From NCBI GenBank assembly GCA_013360395.1, contig JABWBQ010000012.1, positions 2,191 to 66,190 of the forward strand: DNA of 64,000 nucleotides. The letters run 5' to 3'. Position numbers and translations under genes: made by a program. Origin of the DNA: Flavobacteriales bacterium. GTDB lineage: Bacteria > Bacteroidota > Bacteroidia > Flavobacteriales_F > PHOS-HE28. Below are positions 40,300 to 51,017 of the stretch, piece by piece; position 1 is the stretch's first letter; every line of letters begins with the position of its first letter. The notes below the pieces were generated by a model. It was not told the origin of the DNA and ran no database searches. It was given only the letters and a program-made list of their open reading frames with translations.

Positions 40300-41577
40300 A
40301 TGGCCACGGCCGACCTTGTGCTGATCATCGCCAGTCTGCTGGTGGCGGCCCTGTGCGCGGGGCTGGAGGTCGCCTTCGCCGCCGGCAACAGGCTTTACAT
40401 CGAACTGCAGCGCAAGGAAGGGGCCTGGTGGGCGGCCATGGTGGCCCCCCTGCTCGACCGCCAGGCCCGTGTCTCCGGTGTCCTTCTGGTGGGAAGCATC
40501 CTGGCCCAGGTGGTCTTCGGCCTGGTGGCCGCCAAGGCCATGGGGCCCTGGCTCCACGGCCTGTATCCGCATGGGCTCTTCGTCCTGGCCGGGCAGGTCG
40601 GCCTTTGCACCCTGGCCGTGCTCGCCCTGGGGGAGTTCCTGCCCCGGGCCCTGTTCCGCATCGACCCCGACCATGGCCTGGCCCTGTTCGCCGTACCCCT
40701 GCGGGGGCTTTACCTGCTGTTCCGGCCCCTGGTGGCACTGCTCACCGCCGTGAGCCAGGGCCTGCTCGGCCTTTTCGGGGTACGCGGCCAGGCCGCACTG
40801 CCCGGCATGGGCCGGGTGGACCTCGACGAGTTCCTGCGCACCATGGACAACCGGTCCCCGCGGTCCGAAGTCCTGGACGCGGAGGTGGAATACTTCCGCA
40901 ACACCCTGACCCTCAGCGCCACCAAGGCCCGCGACCTCATGGTGCCCCGGGCCGAGGTGGAGGCCATCGGCGTGGATGAGCCCATCGAAGCGCTGCACCG
41001 GCGGTTCGTGGACACCGGGCTCAGCAAGCTGCTTGTGTACAAGGACAGCATCGACAACATCATCGGGTATGTCCACGGCCACGAGCTGTTCCGCAGGCCC
41101 CGCACCATCCGTTCGGTGCTGCGGCCTGTGGACTTCATCCCGGGAACGATGCCTGCCGACGAGGTGCTTCGCAAATTCACCCGTCAGCGCGGCCATGTGG
41201 CCGTGGTGGTGGACGAGTTCGGCGGCACCGCCGGGCTGCTCACCATCGAGGACGTGGTGGAGACCATCGTGGGCGACATCGAGGACGAGCACGACATCGG
41301 CCAGGAGGTCGAGGAGCGCGTGGGCGAGCACGAATTCCTCTTCAGTGCGCGCACCGAGGTGGAGCACCTGGTGACGGCCCACCGCCTGGCCCTGCCGCGC
41401 AGCGACCATTACGACACCCTGGCGGGGTTGCTGCTCCACCACACCGGCTCCCTGCCCGAGCAGGGCCGGGTGATCGACCTGGGCCCTTTCCGGTTCACCG
41501 TGGCCCAGGTGGCCCACAGCCGGATCGACCTGGTGCGCCTGGAGGTCACCGACCCCGCCCAAGGCTACGTCCCCTAA
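40300..41577 (+). CDS. Hemolysin family CNNM/CBS/CorC protein
   Basis: DUF21 TM region (GLEVAF, GEFLPR), CBS pair, VVDEFGGTAGLLTIEDVVE motif. Confidence 0.92.
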   Translation: MATADLVLIIASLLVAALCAGLEVAFAAGNRLYIELQRKEGAWWAAMVAPLLDRQARVSGVLLVGSILAQVVFGLVAAKAMGPWLHGLYPHGLFVLAGQVGLCTLAVLALGEFLPRALFRIDPDHGLALFAVPLRGLYLLFRPLVALLTAVSQGLLGLFGVRGQAALPGMGRVDLDEFLRTMDNRSPRSEVLDAEVEYFRNTLTLSATKARDLMVPRAEVEAIGVDEPIEALHRRFVDTGLSKLLVYKDSIDNIIGYVHGHELFRRPRTIRSVLRPVDFIPGTMPADEVLRKFTRQRGHVAVVVDEFGGTAGLLTIEDVVETIVGDIEDEHDIGQEVEERVGEHEFLFSARTEVEHLVTAHRLALPRSDHYDTLAGLLLHHTGSLPEQGRVIDLGPFRFTVAQVAHSRIDLVRLEVTDPAQGYVP

Positions 41578-41619
41578 GGACCAGCCTCCTATATTTGCAC
41601 CCCTTTCAACAGAGCACCC

Positions 41620-43704
41620 ATGGCAGTCATCGGCAAGATCCGTGAGCGTAGCGGCCTCCTCCTCGTCCTGGTGGGCGGCGCCATGGTGGCCTTCATCCTG
41701 ACGGACCTCTTCAGCAACCGCGGCAGCAGCGTCAACGACCAGGCCGTGGGAAGCATCAACGGCGAGGAGATCCCCCTGGTGCAGTTCGAAAAGCGCGTGA
41801 GCGACGAGCTGGACAGCTACCGCAACGACTTCGGCCAGTCCGTGGACGGCCAGATGACCGAACAGGTGCGCAACAGCGTGTGGCAGGAGGTGGTGCGCGA
41901 GCATACCCTGTTGCGCAACGCCGTAGAGGCCGGCTTCGGCAGCACCCTGAGCAAGGAGGAATATGACGACATCCGCTTCGGCAACAACCTGCTGGCCGAG
42001 TTCAAGGGCAACCCCAACTTCCAGGGCCCCGACGGGCAGCCCGACAAGGAGGTGCTGCGCAAGTACTTCGAGAGCGTGCAGACCAATGCCCCGGTCTATC
42101 ACGAGATCCAGAAGCGCCGCATCATCACCAACCGCATCATCACCAAGTACAACACCCTGGTGCGCAAGAGCGTGTTCGTCAACGCCGCCCAGGTGAAGGA
42201 CGACCACATGCAGCGCAACGCCAAGGCCTCCTTCAACTTCGTGGCCAAGCGTTTCGACAGCGAGCCCGACAGCCTCTACACCGTGAACGAACAGGAGCTC
42301 AGCCGGTACTACGAGGCGCACAAGGACGACAAGCGGTACGCCCAGAAGCCGTCGCGGGCCTTCGACTACGTCACCTTCCCGGTGACGGCCACCGCCGCCG
42401 ATATCGAGCAGCTGCGCACGGAGATGGCGGCCCTGAAGCCCGACATGGAGACCGCCACCAGCGATTCCCTGTTCATCGTGGGCAACAGCGAGGACCGCAG
42501 CTACGCGGTGACCCCCTACAGCCCGGGCACGGCCGACGCCCTCAACGACAGCCTCATCCAGGCCGCGGCCGTGGGCACCGTGGTGGGCCCCTTCCGCGAC
42601 GGCCAGAACTTCAAGCTGGTGAAGGTGAAGGAGCTGGCCAAGGTGGAGGAGGCCCGTGTGCGCCACATCCTGCTCAGCACCCAGAGCGGCAAGCCCGAGG
42701 ATGAGGTGAAACAGCGCGCCGACAGCGTGCTGGCCGCTGTGAAGCGCAACAAGGGCGTGTTCGAGGAGCTGGTGAAGAAGTACAGCGAGGACCCGGGCAG
42801 CGTGCCCAACGGCGGGGTTTACGAGTGGTTCGACCGCACCCGCATGGTGCCCGAGTTCACCAAGGCGAGCTTCGACGAGAAGGTGGGGGCCATCACCATC
42901 GCCAAGACCAGCTACGGGTACCACATCGTGGAGGTGCTCGGCCAGCGTGAGCGCGACGAGCGCCGTGTGGTGAGCCTTTCGCGCCGCATCAAGCCGTTGC
43001 CCGCCACCTTCAAGGAGGTGTACAAGACGGCCAACGAGTTCAGCCTCAACCACGCCGGCCCCGACAGCATGAAGGCCGCCGCCGAACGACGTGGCCTGAA
43101 GTTCATGAACGTGGATGAGCTGCGTGCCGACCAGCGGTTCGTGCCCGGCCTGCAGGAGCCCTTCAGCCTCATCAGCTGGGTGAACCGCGCCGAGGTGGGC
43201 AAGGTCAGCGAGCCCATCGAGGTGGGTGAGAGCTACGTGGTGGCACTGCTGCGCAAGGTGCGTGCCCAGGGCCGGCCCCAACTGGAGGACGTGCGGGAGA
43301 CCTTCACGCGCGAGGCCGTGAAGGAGAAAAAGGCTGCGGCCTGGATGGAGAAGATGAGCGGGAAAACCGACCTGAACGCCTTGGCGGGCGAGCTGGGCGG
43401 TGCGGTGCAGAACGCCACCGACCTGGCCTTCAATGCCACCAGCATCCCCGGCGGCTTCACCGAGAGCGAGGTCATCGGCAGCATCTTCGCCATCCCCGCC
43501 GGCGAGACCCGCGGGCCCCTCAAGGGCGACATCGGTGTGTACATGGTGAACATGACCGCACTGACCCCGGCACCCGAGCTGGCCGACGTCAACGCCGAGC
43601 GCAGCGGCCTGCTCCAGCGCATGCAGAGCCGGGCCGAGGGCAATCTCTTCAGCGCGTTGCGTGAGGCCGCCCAGGTGGTGGACGACCGCAGCAAGTTCTA
43701 CTGA
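41620..43704 (+). CDS. Peptidylprolyl isomerase (PpiD/SurA-N plus parvulin)
   Basis: MAVIGKIRERSG TM anchor; VRHILL, YSEDPGS..NGG and KTSYGYHIV parvulin motifs; TATATTTG promoter at 41590-41597. Confidence 0.9.
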   Translation: MAVIGKIRERSGLLLVLVGGAMVAFILTDLFSNRGSSVNDQAVGSINGEEIPLVQFEKRVSDELDSYRNDFGQSVDGQMTEQVRNSVWQEVVREHTLLRNAVEAGFGSTLSKEEYDDIRFGNNLLAEFKGNPNFQGPDGQPDKEVLRKYFESVQTNAPVYHEIQKRRIITNRIITKYNTLVRKSVFVNAAQVKDDHMQRNAKASFNFVAKRFDSEPDSLYTVNEQELSRYYEAHKDDKRYAQKPSRAFDYVTFPVTATAADIEQLRTEMAALKPDMETATSDSLFIVGNSEDRSYAVTPYSPGTADALNDSLIQAAAVGTVVGPFRDGQNFKLVKVKELAKVEEARVRHILLSTQSGKPEDEVKQRADSVLAAVKRNKGVFEELVKKYSEDPGSVPNGGVYEWFDRTRMVPEFTKASFDEKVGAITIAKTSYGYHIVEVLGQRERDERRVVSLSRRIKPLPATFKEVYKTANEFSLNHAGPDSMKAAAERRGLKFMNVDELRADQRFVPGLQEPFSLISWVNRAEVGKVSEPIEVGESYVVALLRKVRAQGRPQLEDVRETFTREAVKEKKAAAWMEKMSGKTDLNALAGELGGAVQNATDLAFNATSIPGGFTESEVIGSIFAIPAGETRGPLKGDIGVYMVNMTALTPAPELADVNAERSGLLQRMQSRAEGNLFSALREAAQVVDDRSKFY

Positions 43705-43727
43705 GCGCCGCCCGGCGCCAGGGGAGA

Positions 43728-43752
43728 GGAGGCGGGCCACAGGCCCGCCTCC
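43728..43752. terminator. 11-bp stem hairpin between the convergent PPIase and rodA
   Basis: GGAGGCGGGCC-ACA-GGCCCGCCTCC. Confidence 0.55.
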
Positions 43753-43758
43753 GCGCTT

Positions 43759-45081
43759 TCAACGCAACTGCGTCAGCCTTTCGGCATCCATCCGCACCAG
43801 GATGCCCAGCAGGACGGTGAACCCGATCAGCGAACTGCCGCCGTAGCTGAAGAAGGGCAACGGGATGCCGATCACCGGGGCCAGGCCGATGGTCATGCCC
43901 ACATTGATCATCAGGTGCATGAAGAAGACGCACGCCACGCAATAGGCGTAGATCCGCGTGAAGCGCGATCGCTGCCTGTCACTGATCTGGATGCACCGCA
44001 GGATGAGGAGCGTGAACAACAGCACCACGGTGGTGGTGCCCAGGAAGCCCCATTCCTCGCCCACGGTGCAGAAGATGAAGTCGGTGCTCTGCATGGGCAC
44101 GTACTTGTACTTGGTCAGCGTGCCCTTCAGATAGCCCTTCCCGGTGAAGCCTCCGCTGCCGATGGCCGTCTGGCTCTGCTTCACGTTGTAGCCCAGCCCC
44201 TGGGGATCCTCCATCTGGCCGAGCATCACCAGGATGCGGTCGCGCTGATGCTGGGCGAGCCCGCTCACCAGGTGGTCCACGCTGCTGATGAAGCCGATGC
44301 TGCCCAGCAGGGCGAAGAGAATGAGACCGTAGTAACGCTTGCGGTAGCGCCGCACCACCAGGTTGCGCACGGCCCAGAAGGCCACCAGCGCGAAAAGGGC
44401 GATGAGGGCCATCAGGAAGTACTGCCCGCCCAGACGGACCCCGGTGAAGGGCAGCCCGAAGGTGCTCTCCTTGAGGATCAGCGCCAGCACGCTGAGCACG
44501 GCGGCCACGATGGCGATGAGCAGGATGTTGCCCGACAGCCCTTCGCGGTAGAGCACCAGGATGAAGGCGCCGGAGACCAGCGCGGTGCCCGTGTCGGGCT
44601 GCAGCATGATCAGGGCCACCGGGGCCAGGATCAACAACGTGGCGACCGCCCGCGAGCGCAGGTCGGCCAGGGCCTTGAGCCCGCTGAGGTAGCGCGACAG
44701 GGCCAGGCTGGTGGCGAACTTGGCGAACTCGGCGGGCTGGATACCGAAGCTGCCCACGCCGAACCAGGCCTTGGCGCCGTTGACCTCCTTGCCCACCACC
44801 AGCACCAGGGCGAGCAGCACGAGCACGGCGGCGTAGATGCCCCAGGCCAGGTCGCGGAAGAACCGGCCCTGCACCAGCAGGATGCCCGCGCCCAGCACCA
44901 GGCTGGCCACGATCCACACGCTCTGGCGGCCGTATTCCATGGACTGGTCGAACAGGCCGGGGTGCTCCGGATCGTAGGCCGCCGAGTAGATGTTGGCCCA
45001 GCCGGCGCCCATCAGCACCAGGTACAGGAACACGAGCACCGGGTCCAGGTGCGCGGTGATGCGGTCGCGCGGGGTGCTCAT
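43759..45081 (-). CDS. rodA: Rod shape-determining protein RodA
   Basis: GAKAW, IQPAEFAK, QPDTGT, TDFIF..VGEEWG and GIPLPFFSYGGSS motifs. Confidence 0.96.
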   Translation of the reverse strand: MSTPRDRITAHLDPVLVFLYLVLMGAGWANIYSAAYDPEHPGLFDQSMEYGRQSVWIVASLVLGAGILLVQGRFFRDLAWGIYAAVLVLLALVLVVGKEVNGAKAWFGVGSFGIQPAEFAKFATSLALSRYLSGLKALADLRSRAVATLLILAPVALIMLQPDTGTALVSGAFILVLYREGLSGNILLIAIVAAVLSVLALILKESTFGLPFTGVRLGGQYFLMALIALFALVAFWAVRNLVVRRYRKRYYGLILFALLGSIGFISSVDHLVSGLAQHQRDRILVMLGQMEDPQGLGYNVKQSQTAIGSGGFTGKGYLKGTLTKYKYVPMQSTDFIFCTVGEEWGFLGTTTVVLLFTLLILRCIQISDRQRSRFTRIYAYCVACVFFMHLMINVGMTIGLAPVIGIPLPFFSYGGSSLIGFTVLLGILVRMDAERLTQLR

Positions 45082-46931
45082 CGGCGGCGGCGGGTGGGCT
45101 TGGGTTTCCGGCGGAAGAACTTCTCCTGGGCGATCAGGTCGGCCTCCAGCATGCGCTTCTCAAGGTCGGGCCGGCTGATACTGTCCGTGAGGTACTGCTC
45201 GATCAGCAGGCTGGCGATCGGGGCCGCCCAGGTGCCGCCGAAGCCGCTGTTCTCCACGTACACGGCCATGGCGATCCGCGGCTGTTCCATGGGCGCGAAG
45301 CACACGAACACGGCGTGGTCCTGCCCGTGCGGGTTCTCGGCCGTGCCGGTCTTGCCGCACACGGTGATGCCCGGGATGCGCGCCTGGCGGGCGGTGCCGC
45401 CGGGTTCGTTCACCACGCGCCGCATGCCCTCCTGCACCAGGTCGTAAAGCCGGGGGTCGACCCCGGTGTAGTGCTTCTCCTCCCACCTGGCCAGCAGGCT
45501 GTCCGGGCTGCCCACCGCGCGCACCACATGCGGGTCGCGGTACCAGCCCTTGTTGGCGAAGATGGCCGCCAGGTTGGCCATCTGCATGGGCACCACCAGC
45601 ACTTCGCCCTGCCCGATGCTCACACTGTAGATGGTGCTGAAGGCCCATCGCCCCCGGCCGTAGATGCGGTCGTAGAACGCCGCGTCGGGGATGCTCCCGC
45701 CCTTGAGCGCAGGCAGGTCCACCTTGGGGCGCTGGCCCAGGCCGAAGGCATGCATCCCCGCGTTCCACTTGTCCAGGTTGATGCGTGCCGCCGTGAATCG
45801 GTCGCCGTGGTCCCCCTGCTCCAGCATGCGTTTGAACACCATGTAGAAGTAGGGGTTGCACGAATACTGGATCGCGCTTTGCACGTTGCCCGCGTTGGGG
45901 TGGGCGTGGCAGCCCACCAGCGCCTTGTTGCAAGGGAAGCCCGTGTTGGGCGTGATGGCCGTGTCCTCCAGGGCCAGCAGCACCTGCACCAGCTTGTAGA
46001 TGGAGCCGGGCGGGTATTGCGCCTGCAGGGCACGGTCGAAGAGCGGCTTGAGGCTGTCGCGCTGCAGGATTCCGTAGTTGGTGTTGCGCACCCGGCCCAC
46101 CAGCAGCTCGGGGTCGTAGGTGGGCGAGGATACCAGGCAGAGGATCTCCCCCGTGGCCGGTTCGATGGCCACGATGCTGCCCTTCTTGCCCCGCATGAGC
46201 CGCTCACCGTAGGCCTGCATGCGCGCGTCGATGCTGGTGTACAGGTGCTTTCCCTCGTGGGCCAGGGTGTCGTAGCGTCCATCCTGGAAAGAGCCCTGCA
46301 CCTTGTTGTGCACGTCCACCACCACGTAGCGCACCCCGCGCCGTCCGCGCAGTTCCTTCTCGTAGTACTGTTCCAGCCCGCCCACCCCGATCACGTCGCC
46401 AGGTTTGTAGTACGGGTCCTGCTCCACCTTGCGGGCGTCCACCTCGCTGAGGTAGCCCAGCATGTGGGCGGCGATCCGCTGCGGATAGGTGCGCAAGGTG
46501 CGGCTCTGCCCGTAGAACCCTCGGTATTTCGAGAGGTGCGGTGCGATGGCGGCGTACTGGTCGGCGGTGACCTGCTTCTCGAAGACCGAGGGTTTGTAGC
46601 TGCTGTAGCGGCCGGCCTCGGCGATGCGGCGACGCACCTCGGCCACCTCCACACCCACCAGCGCCGCGAAGGCCGCGGTGTCGAAAGGGGCCACTTCGCG
46701 CGGCACCACCATCAGGTCGTACACCGGGGTGTTGGCCACCAGCAGCTCGCCCTTGCGGTCCAGGATCAGCCCGCGGGCCGGGTACACGGTCACCTTGCGC
46801 TCGCTGATGTTCGCCGCTTCGGCCTTCCATTGGTCGTCCACCACCTGCACCCAGAACAGGCGCAGCACGAACACCGTGCTGATGAGGATCACGGCGGCGA
46901 TGAGGACGTATTTGCGCTCCTCGAAGTTCAT
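45078..46931 (-). CDS. mrdA: Penicillin-binding protein 2
   Basis: PARGLILDR, PPGSIYK (SxxK), SCN and GKTGTAE motifs; ATG at 46931. Confidence 0.95.
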   Translation of the reverse strand: MNFEERKYVLIAAVILISTVFVLRLFWVQVVDDQWKAEAANISERKVTVYPARGLILDRKGELLVANTPVYDLMVVPREVAPFDTAAFAALVGVEVAEVRRRIAEAGRYSSYKPSVFEKQVTADQYAAIAPHLSKYRGFYGQSRTLRTYPQRIAAHMLGYLSEVDARKVEQDPYYKPGDVIGVGGLEQYYEKELRGRRGVRYVVVDVHNKVQGSFQDGRYDTLAHEGKHLYTSIDARMQAYGERLMRGKKGSIVAIEPATGEILCLVSSPTYDPELLVGRVRNTNYGILQRDSLKPLFDRALQAQYPPGSIYKLVQVLLALEDTAITPNTGFPCNKALVGCHAHPNAGNVQSAIQYSCNPYFYMVFKRMLEQGDHGDRFTAARINLDKWNAGMHAFGLGQRPKVDLPALKGGSIPDAAFYDRIYGRGRWAFSTIYSVSIGQGEVLVVPMQMANLAAIFANKGWYRDPHVVRAVGSPDSLLARWEEKHYTGVDPRLYDLVQEGMRRVVNEPGGTARQARIPGITVCGKTGTAENPHGQDHAVFVCFAPMEQPRIAMAVYVENSGFGGTWAAPIASLLIEQYLTDSISRPDLEKRMLEADLIAQEKFFRRKPKPTRRRR

Positions 46932-47452
46932 GCCCGTTGGCGGCGTTCGCTGCGCATGAGCAGCTGGCCCAGCAGCACGAGCACCAGCGTGAAGGCGGCG
47001 CTGCCCACCGCCCGCAGGAAGGTCCCGCCCGCGCGGTCGAACCGGTGCAGCTCGAAGAAGAAAAGCCACAGGTGATGGACCAGCACGAGCACCCCGGCGT
47101 AGGTGAGGGTCCAGGAAAGGCCCATGTGCCGCAGGTCCGGCCGCATGCCGAACTCATAGCCTTCGCGTGGTGCGATGAGGCGCTGCCAGGGGCTGCGCAC
47201 GTACATCATCACCAGGCAGGCCGTGGTGTGCATGCCTGGGGTGGCGCTCAGCAGGTCCATCAGCGCACCGGTGGCCGCCCCGGCCAGCAGCAGGGCCCAC
47301 GCCGGCAGCTCGAAGGGCAGCATCAGCAGGAAGAGCACGTACAGGTGGGGAACAAGCCACCCGTTGGCCACGTCCAGATGGTCCAGCACGATCACCTGCA
47401 GGGCGATGAGCGCCACGAAACGCAGAAGGTTGGCGACGATCGTGGCGATCAT
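46928..47452 (-). CDS. mreD: Rod shape-determining protein MreD
   Basis: Multi-TM protein between mreC and mrdA; YVLFLLMLP and G..MD...TPGMH motifs. Confidence 0.88.
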   Translation of the reverse strand: MIATIVANLLRFVALIALQVIVLDHLDVANGWLVPHLYVLFLLMLPFELPAWALLLAGAATGALMDLLSATPGMHTTACLVMMYVRSPWQRLIAPREGYEFGMRPDLRHMGLSWTLTYAGVLVLVHHLWLFFFELHRFDRAGGTFLRAVGSAAFTLVLVLLGQLLMRSERRQRA

Positions 47453-48279
47453 GGGGCTTGGGTGCGGGCTTCGAGGGTGTCGCGCTCCAGCCGGTGCAGG
47501 TCCTTGACGATGTACACGTGGCCGCTGCGGCCCAGGTCCTCGGTGAGCCGCAGGCGGATGGTGCGGTAGTTGCTCGCCGGATCGTCGATTACCCGGGTGA
47601 CCACGCCCACGTCGATGCCGGCCGGGAAGATGCCGTCGCCCCCGCGGGTCACCAGCGTGTCGCCCACGGCCACGGGCGCATGCTTGGCGATGTCCACCAC
47701 CGAGGCCGTGTACGGGTCGCCGGTGTCCCAGCTCAGCAGGCCGAAGTGTCCGGTGCGCTTGAGTTGCACACTGGTGTTGAGGTCGGGGTCGAGCACGCTG
47801 GCCGCCACGCAGAAACGCGGGCCCACCTGCCGCACCACCCCCACGATGCCGTGGTCGCCGATCACACCCATGTCCGGCGCCACCCCGGCCTGCAGGCCCT
47901 TGTCCAGCGTGAGCGTGTTGCGCTGGCGGTGCACCGTGCTGTTCACCGTGCGGGCGGCCAGGTAGGCGTACTGCTGCTCCTGCACCGTGTCGTGGAAGGC
48001 GACGAACCGGGCGGTCACCGGGGCGTAGTTGCCGCGGCCGCGCATCATCAGTTCGGCGTTGGCGCGTGCCAGGCGATCGTTCTCGCCGCGCAACCCGGTG
48101 TAGGCGGTGAGCTCCGAACGCCAGGTGTACAGCGTGCCGATGGCCGTGCTGGCCGAACCGATGGCCCGCGACCGGTGGTGCTCGTTACCGCCCAGCGCCC
48201 AGCCATAGGCCAGGACCATCAGCAGCAGGAACAGGAGCGTGCTGCGGATGCGGAAGAGGAAGCGGAAGAGGTCGCGCAT
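47449..48279 (-). CDS. mreC: Rod shape-determining protein MreC
   Basis: N-terminal TM plus coiled coil; TLDKG..AGV.PDMGVI, GIVGVV and GDTLVT.G..GIFP.GI motifs; ATG at 48279. Confidence 0.93.
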   Translation of the reverse strand: MRDLFRFLFRIRSTLLFLLLMVLAYGWALGGNEHHRSRAIGSASTAIGTLYTWRSELTAYTGLRGENDRLARANAELMMRGRGNYAPVTARFVAFHDTVQEQQYAYLAARTVNSTVHRQRNTLTLDKGLQAGVAPDMGVIGDHGIVGVVRQVGPRFCVAASVLDPDLNTSVQLKRTGHFGLLSWDTGDPYTASVVDIAKHAPVAVGDTLVTRGGDGIFPAGIDVGVVTRVIDDPASNYRTIRLRLTEDLGRSGHVYIVKDLHRLERDTLEARTQAP

Positions 48280-48344
48280 CCCTTGCGAATGGCGGGTGCC
48301 GGATGGCGGGCGGCGGGTGCGGGGCACCCATCACCCGCCATGCG

Positions 48345-49370
48345 TCACTCCCTCATGAGGAACTGGAAACGGTCGATGTTCTTCAGGGCGATGCCGGTGC
48401 CGCGCGCCACGGCCCGCAGCGGGTCCTCGCTCACGTGCACCGGCAGCTTGGTCTTGATGCTCACCCGCTTGTCCAGCCCGCGCAACAGCGCACCGCCGCC
48501 CGCCATGTAGATGCCCGTCTTGTAGATGTCGGCGCTCAGCTCGGGCGGGGTGGCCTCCAGCGCGCTGAGGATGGCCTCCTCGATCTTGCTGATGCTCTTG
48601 TCCAGCGCCTGTGCGATCTCCCCGTACGTGACGGTGATCTCCTTGGGGATGCCCGTCATCAGGTCGCGGCCCCGCACGGCATAGTCGGGCGGCGGGTTCT
48701 CCAGCTCGGTCATCGCCGCGCCCACTTCGATCTTGATCTGCTCGGCGGTGCGTTCGCCCACCAGGATGTTGTGCTGGCGGCGCATGTATTCCTCGATGTC
48801 CTGCGTGAACTCGTCGCCCGCCACGCGGATGTTCTTGTCGCACACGATGCCGCCCAGGGCGATCACCGCGATCTCCGAGGTGCCCCCGCCGATGTCGATG
48901 ATCATGTTGCCCATCGGCTCCTCCACGTCGATGCCGATGCCGATGGCGGCGGCCATGGGCTCGTGGATCAGGTAGACCTCCTTGGCGCCGGCGTGCTCGG
49001 CGCTGTCGCGCACGGCCCGCTTCTCCACCTCGGTGATGCCGCTGGGGATGCAGATCACCATCCGCAGGTTGGGGGTGAAGAGCTGCCGGCCGGGCTTGAT
49101 CATCTTGATCATGCCCTTGATCATCTCCTCGGCCGCCTGGAAGTCGGCGATCACCCCGTCGCGCAGCGGCCGCACCGTCTTGATGTTCTCGTGCGTCTTG
49201 CCGTGCATCTGCTGGGCCTGCCTGCCGATGGCGATCACACGCCCCGTGGTGCGGTCCACCGCCACGATGCTCGGCTCGTCCACCACCACCTTGTCGTTGT
49301 GGATGATCAGGGTGTTGGCCGTGCCGAGGTCGATCGCGATCTCCTGGGTGAAGAAGTTGAGCAGGCCCAT
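48345..49370 (-). CDS. mreB: Rod shape-determining protein MreB
   Basis: IDLGTANT, EPMAAAIG, DIGGGT and GGGALLRGL motifs. Confidence 0.97.
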   Translation of the reverse strand: MGLLNFFTQEIAIDLGTANTLIIHNDKVVVDEPSIVAVDRTTGRVIAIGRQAQQMHGKTHENIKTVRPLRDGVIADFQAAEEMIKGMIKMIKPGRQLFTPNLRMVICIPSGITEVEKRAVRDSAEHAGAKEVYLIHEPMAAAIGIGIDVEEPMGNMIIDIGGGTSEIAVIALGGIVCDKNIRVAGDEFTQDIEEYMRRQHNILVGERTAEQIKIEVGAAMTELENPPPDYAVRGRDLMTGIPKEITVTYGEIAQALDKSISKIEEAILSALEATPPELSADIYKTGIYMAGGGALLRGLDKRVSIKTKLPVHVSEDPLRAVARGTGIALKNIDRFQFLMRE

Positions 49371-49379
49371 GCGCAGGCG

Positions 49380-50912
49380 TCAGTGTTTGAAGTGTCGGTT
49401 GCCGGTGATGCACATGGCCATCCCGCGCTCGTCGCAGGCGTCCACGCTTTCCTGGTCCTTGATGCTGCCGCCCGGTTGCACTACCGCCGCGATCCCGGCG
49501 GCGCCGGCGATGGTCACGCAATCCGGGAAGGGGAAGAAGGCGTCGCTGGCCATCACGGCGCCCTGGAGCTCGAAGCCGAACTTGCGCGCCTTGGCGATGG
49601 CCTGTTCCAGGGCGTCCACCCGGCTGGTCTGGCCGGTGCCGCTCGCCAGCAGCTGCCGGTCCCGGGCCAGCACGATGGCGTTGCTCTTGGTGTGCTTCAC
49701 CAGGATGTTGGCGAAGACCAGGTCCTGCAGCTCGGCGTCGGTGGGCGGCCGCTTGGTGACGGTGCGCATCGTACTGGCCGTGTCGAGCACCTGGTCGGGC
49801 GTCTGCTCGAGCAGGCCGTTGAGGGCCGAGCGCCACTTGCGTGCGATGCGTCCGGTGGAACGGCGCTTCAGGATGATCCGGTTCTTTTTCCGACGCAGCA
49901 CCTCCAGGGCCTCCGGCGTGTGGTCCGGGGCGCAGATGATCTCGAAGAACAGGTCGCCGATGGCCTCGGCGGTGGCCTTGTCGATGGGCGCGGTGGTGAT
50001 GAGCACCCCGCCGAAGGCGCTCACCGGATCGCCGGCCAGGGCCGCCTCCCAGGCTTCCTTCAGCGTGGGCCGGACGGCCGCGCCGCAGGCGTTGTTGTGC
50101 TTCAGCACGGCGAAGGGCACGCCCGGCAGGGTGGCCAGGTCGTCGATCAGCTCCAGCGCCGCGTCCAGGTCCAGCAGGTTGTTGTAGCTCAGCTCCTTGC
50201 CCTGCACCTGCTCGAACAGCCCGTGCAGGTCGCCGTGGAAGCGGGCCGGCTGATGCGGGTTCTCCCCGTAGCGCAGCGCATGCACGGGCTGCCCGCCGGC
50301 GGGGGGCAGTGCCGTCGGCGCTCCGGTGAACCAGCCGTGGATGGCGCGGTCGTAACCGCTGCTCACCCCGAAGGCGAGCCCGGCCAGGCGTTTGCGTTCG
50401 GCGAGGTCGGTGGTGCCGTCCCGTTCGCGCAGGATCGTCAGCAGGTCGGTGTATTGCGCCTTCGCGGCGATGATCACCACGTCCGCATGGTTCTTGGCCC
50501 CGGCGCGCACCAGGCTGATGCCGCCGATGTCGATCTTCTCGATGATGGCCTGTTCGCTGCCCCCGGCCGCCACCGTGGCCTCGAAGGGGTACAGGTCCAC
50601 CACCACCAGGTCGATCGGCGGGATGGCGTACGTCTCGAGCTGGGCCACATCGTCCGCCAGACCGCGCCGGCCCAGGATGCCGCCGAAGACCTTAGGGTGC
50701 AGGGTCTTCACCCGGCCGCCCAGGATGCTGGGGTAGCCCGTGAGCTCCTCCACGGGCACCACCGGCAGGCCGAGGCCCTCGATGAACGTCTGTGTGCCGC
50801 CGGTGCTGTACAGGGTGACGCCGAGCCGGTGCAGTTCACGCACGATGGGCTCGAGCCCGTCCTTGTCATGGACCGAGACCAACGCACTGCCGATGCGCTT
50901 CGTATCGCTCAA
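49380..50912 (-). CDS. purH: Bifunctional AICAR transformylase/IMP cyclohydrolase
   Basis: STGGT, GGRVKTLHP, IDIGG, LRYGENPHQ, SDAFFPF and RHFKH motifs; TTG start. Confidence 0.97.
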   Translation of the reverse strand: MSDTKRIGSALVSVHDKDGLEPIVRELHRLGVTLYSTGGTQTFIEGLGLPVVPVEELTGYPSILGGRVKTLHPKVFGGILGRRGLADDVAQLETYAIPPIDLVVVDLYPFEATVAAGGSEQAIIEKIDIGGISLVRAGAKNHADVVIIAAKAQYTDLLTILRERDGTTDLAERKRLAGLAFGVSSGYDRAIHGWFTGAPTALPPAGGQPVHALRYGENPHQPARFHGDLHGLFEQVQGKELSYNNLLDLDAALELIDDLATLPGVPFAVLKHNNACGAAVRPTLKEAWEAALAGDPVSAFGGVLITTAPIDKATAEAIGDLFFEIICAPDHTPEALEVLRRKKNRIILKRRSTGRIARKWRSALNGLLEQTPDQVLDTASTMRTVTKRPPTDAELQDLVFANILVKHTKSNAIVLARDRQLLASGTGQTSRVDALEQAIAKARKFGFELQGAVMASDAFFPFPDCVTIAGAAGIAAVVQPGGSIKDQESVDACDERGMAMCITGNRHFKH

Positions 50913-51017
50913 GGTGCCCTGTGCTGTAGGATGGGCGCAAGTTTACGCCACGGCCATGGGCGCAGGATGGCGGGGACGGTTCCGTTGCCCATAGGTTACG
51001 AACAAGGTTGCCCACGT

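Noticed and set aside
48289-50975. GGATGGCGGG matches (48301, 50965) to the linker of the 53-bp tandem unit
   Set aside because: The matches are only 10-11 nt in GC-rich DNA and compatible with chance. The 48303-48341 hairpin is more simply an mreB-mreC intergenic stem-loop.
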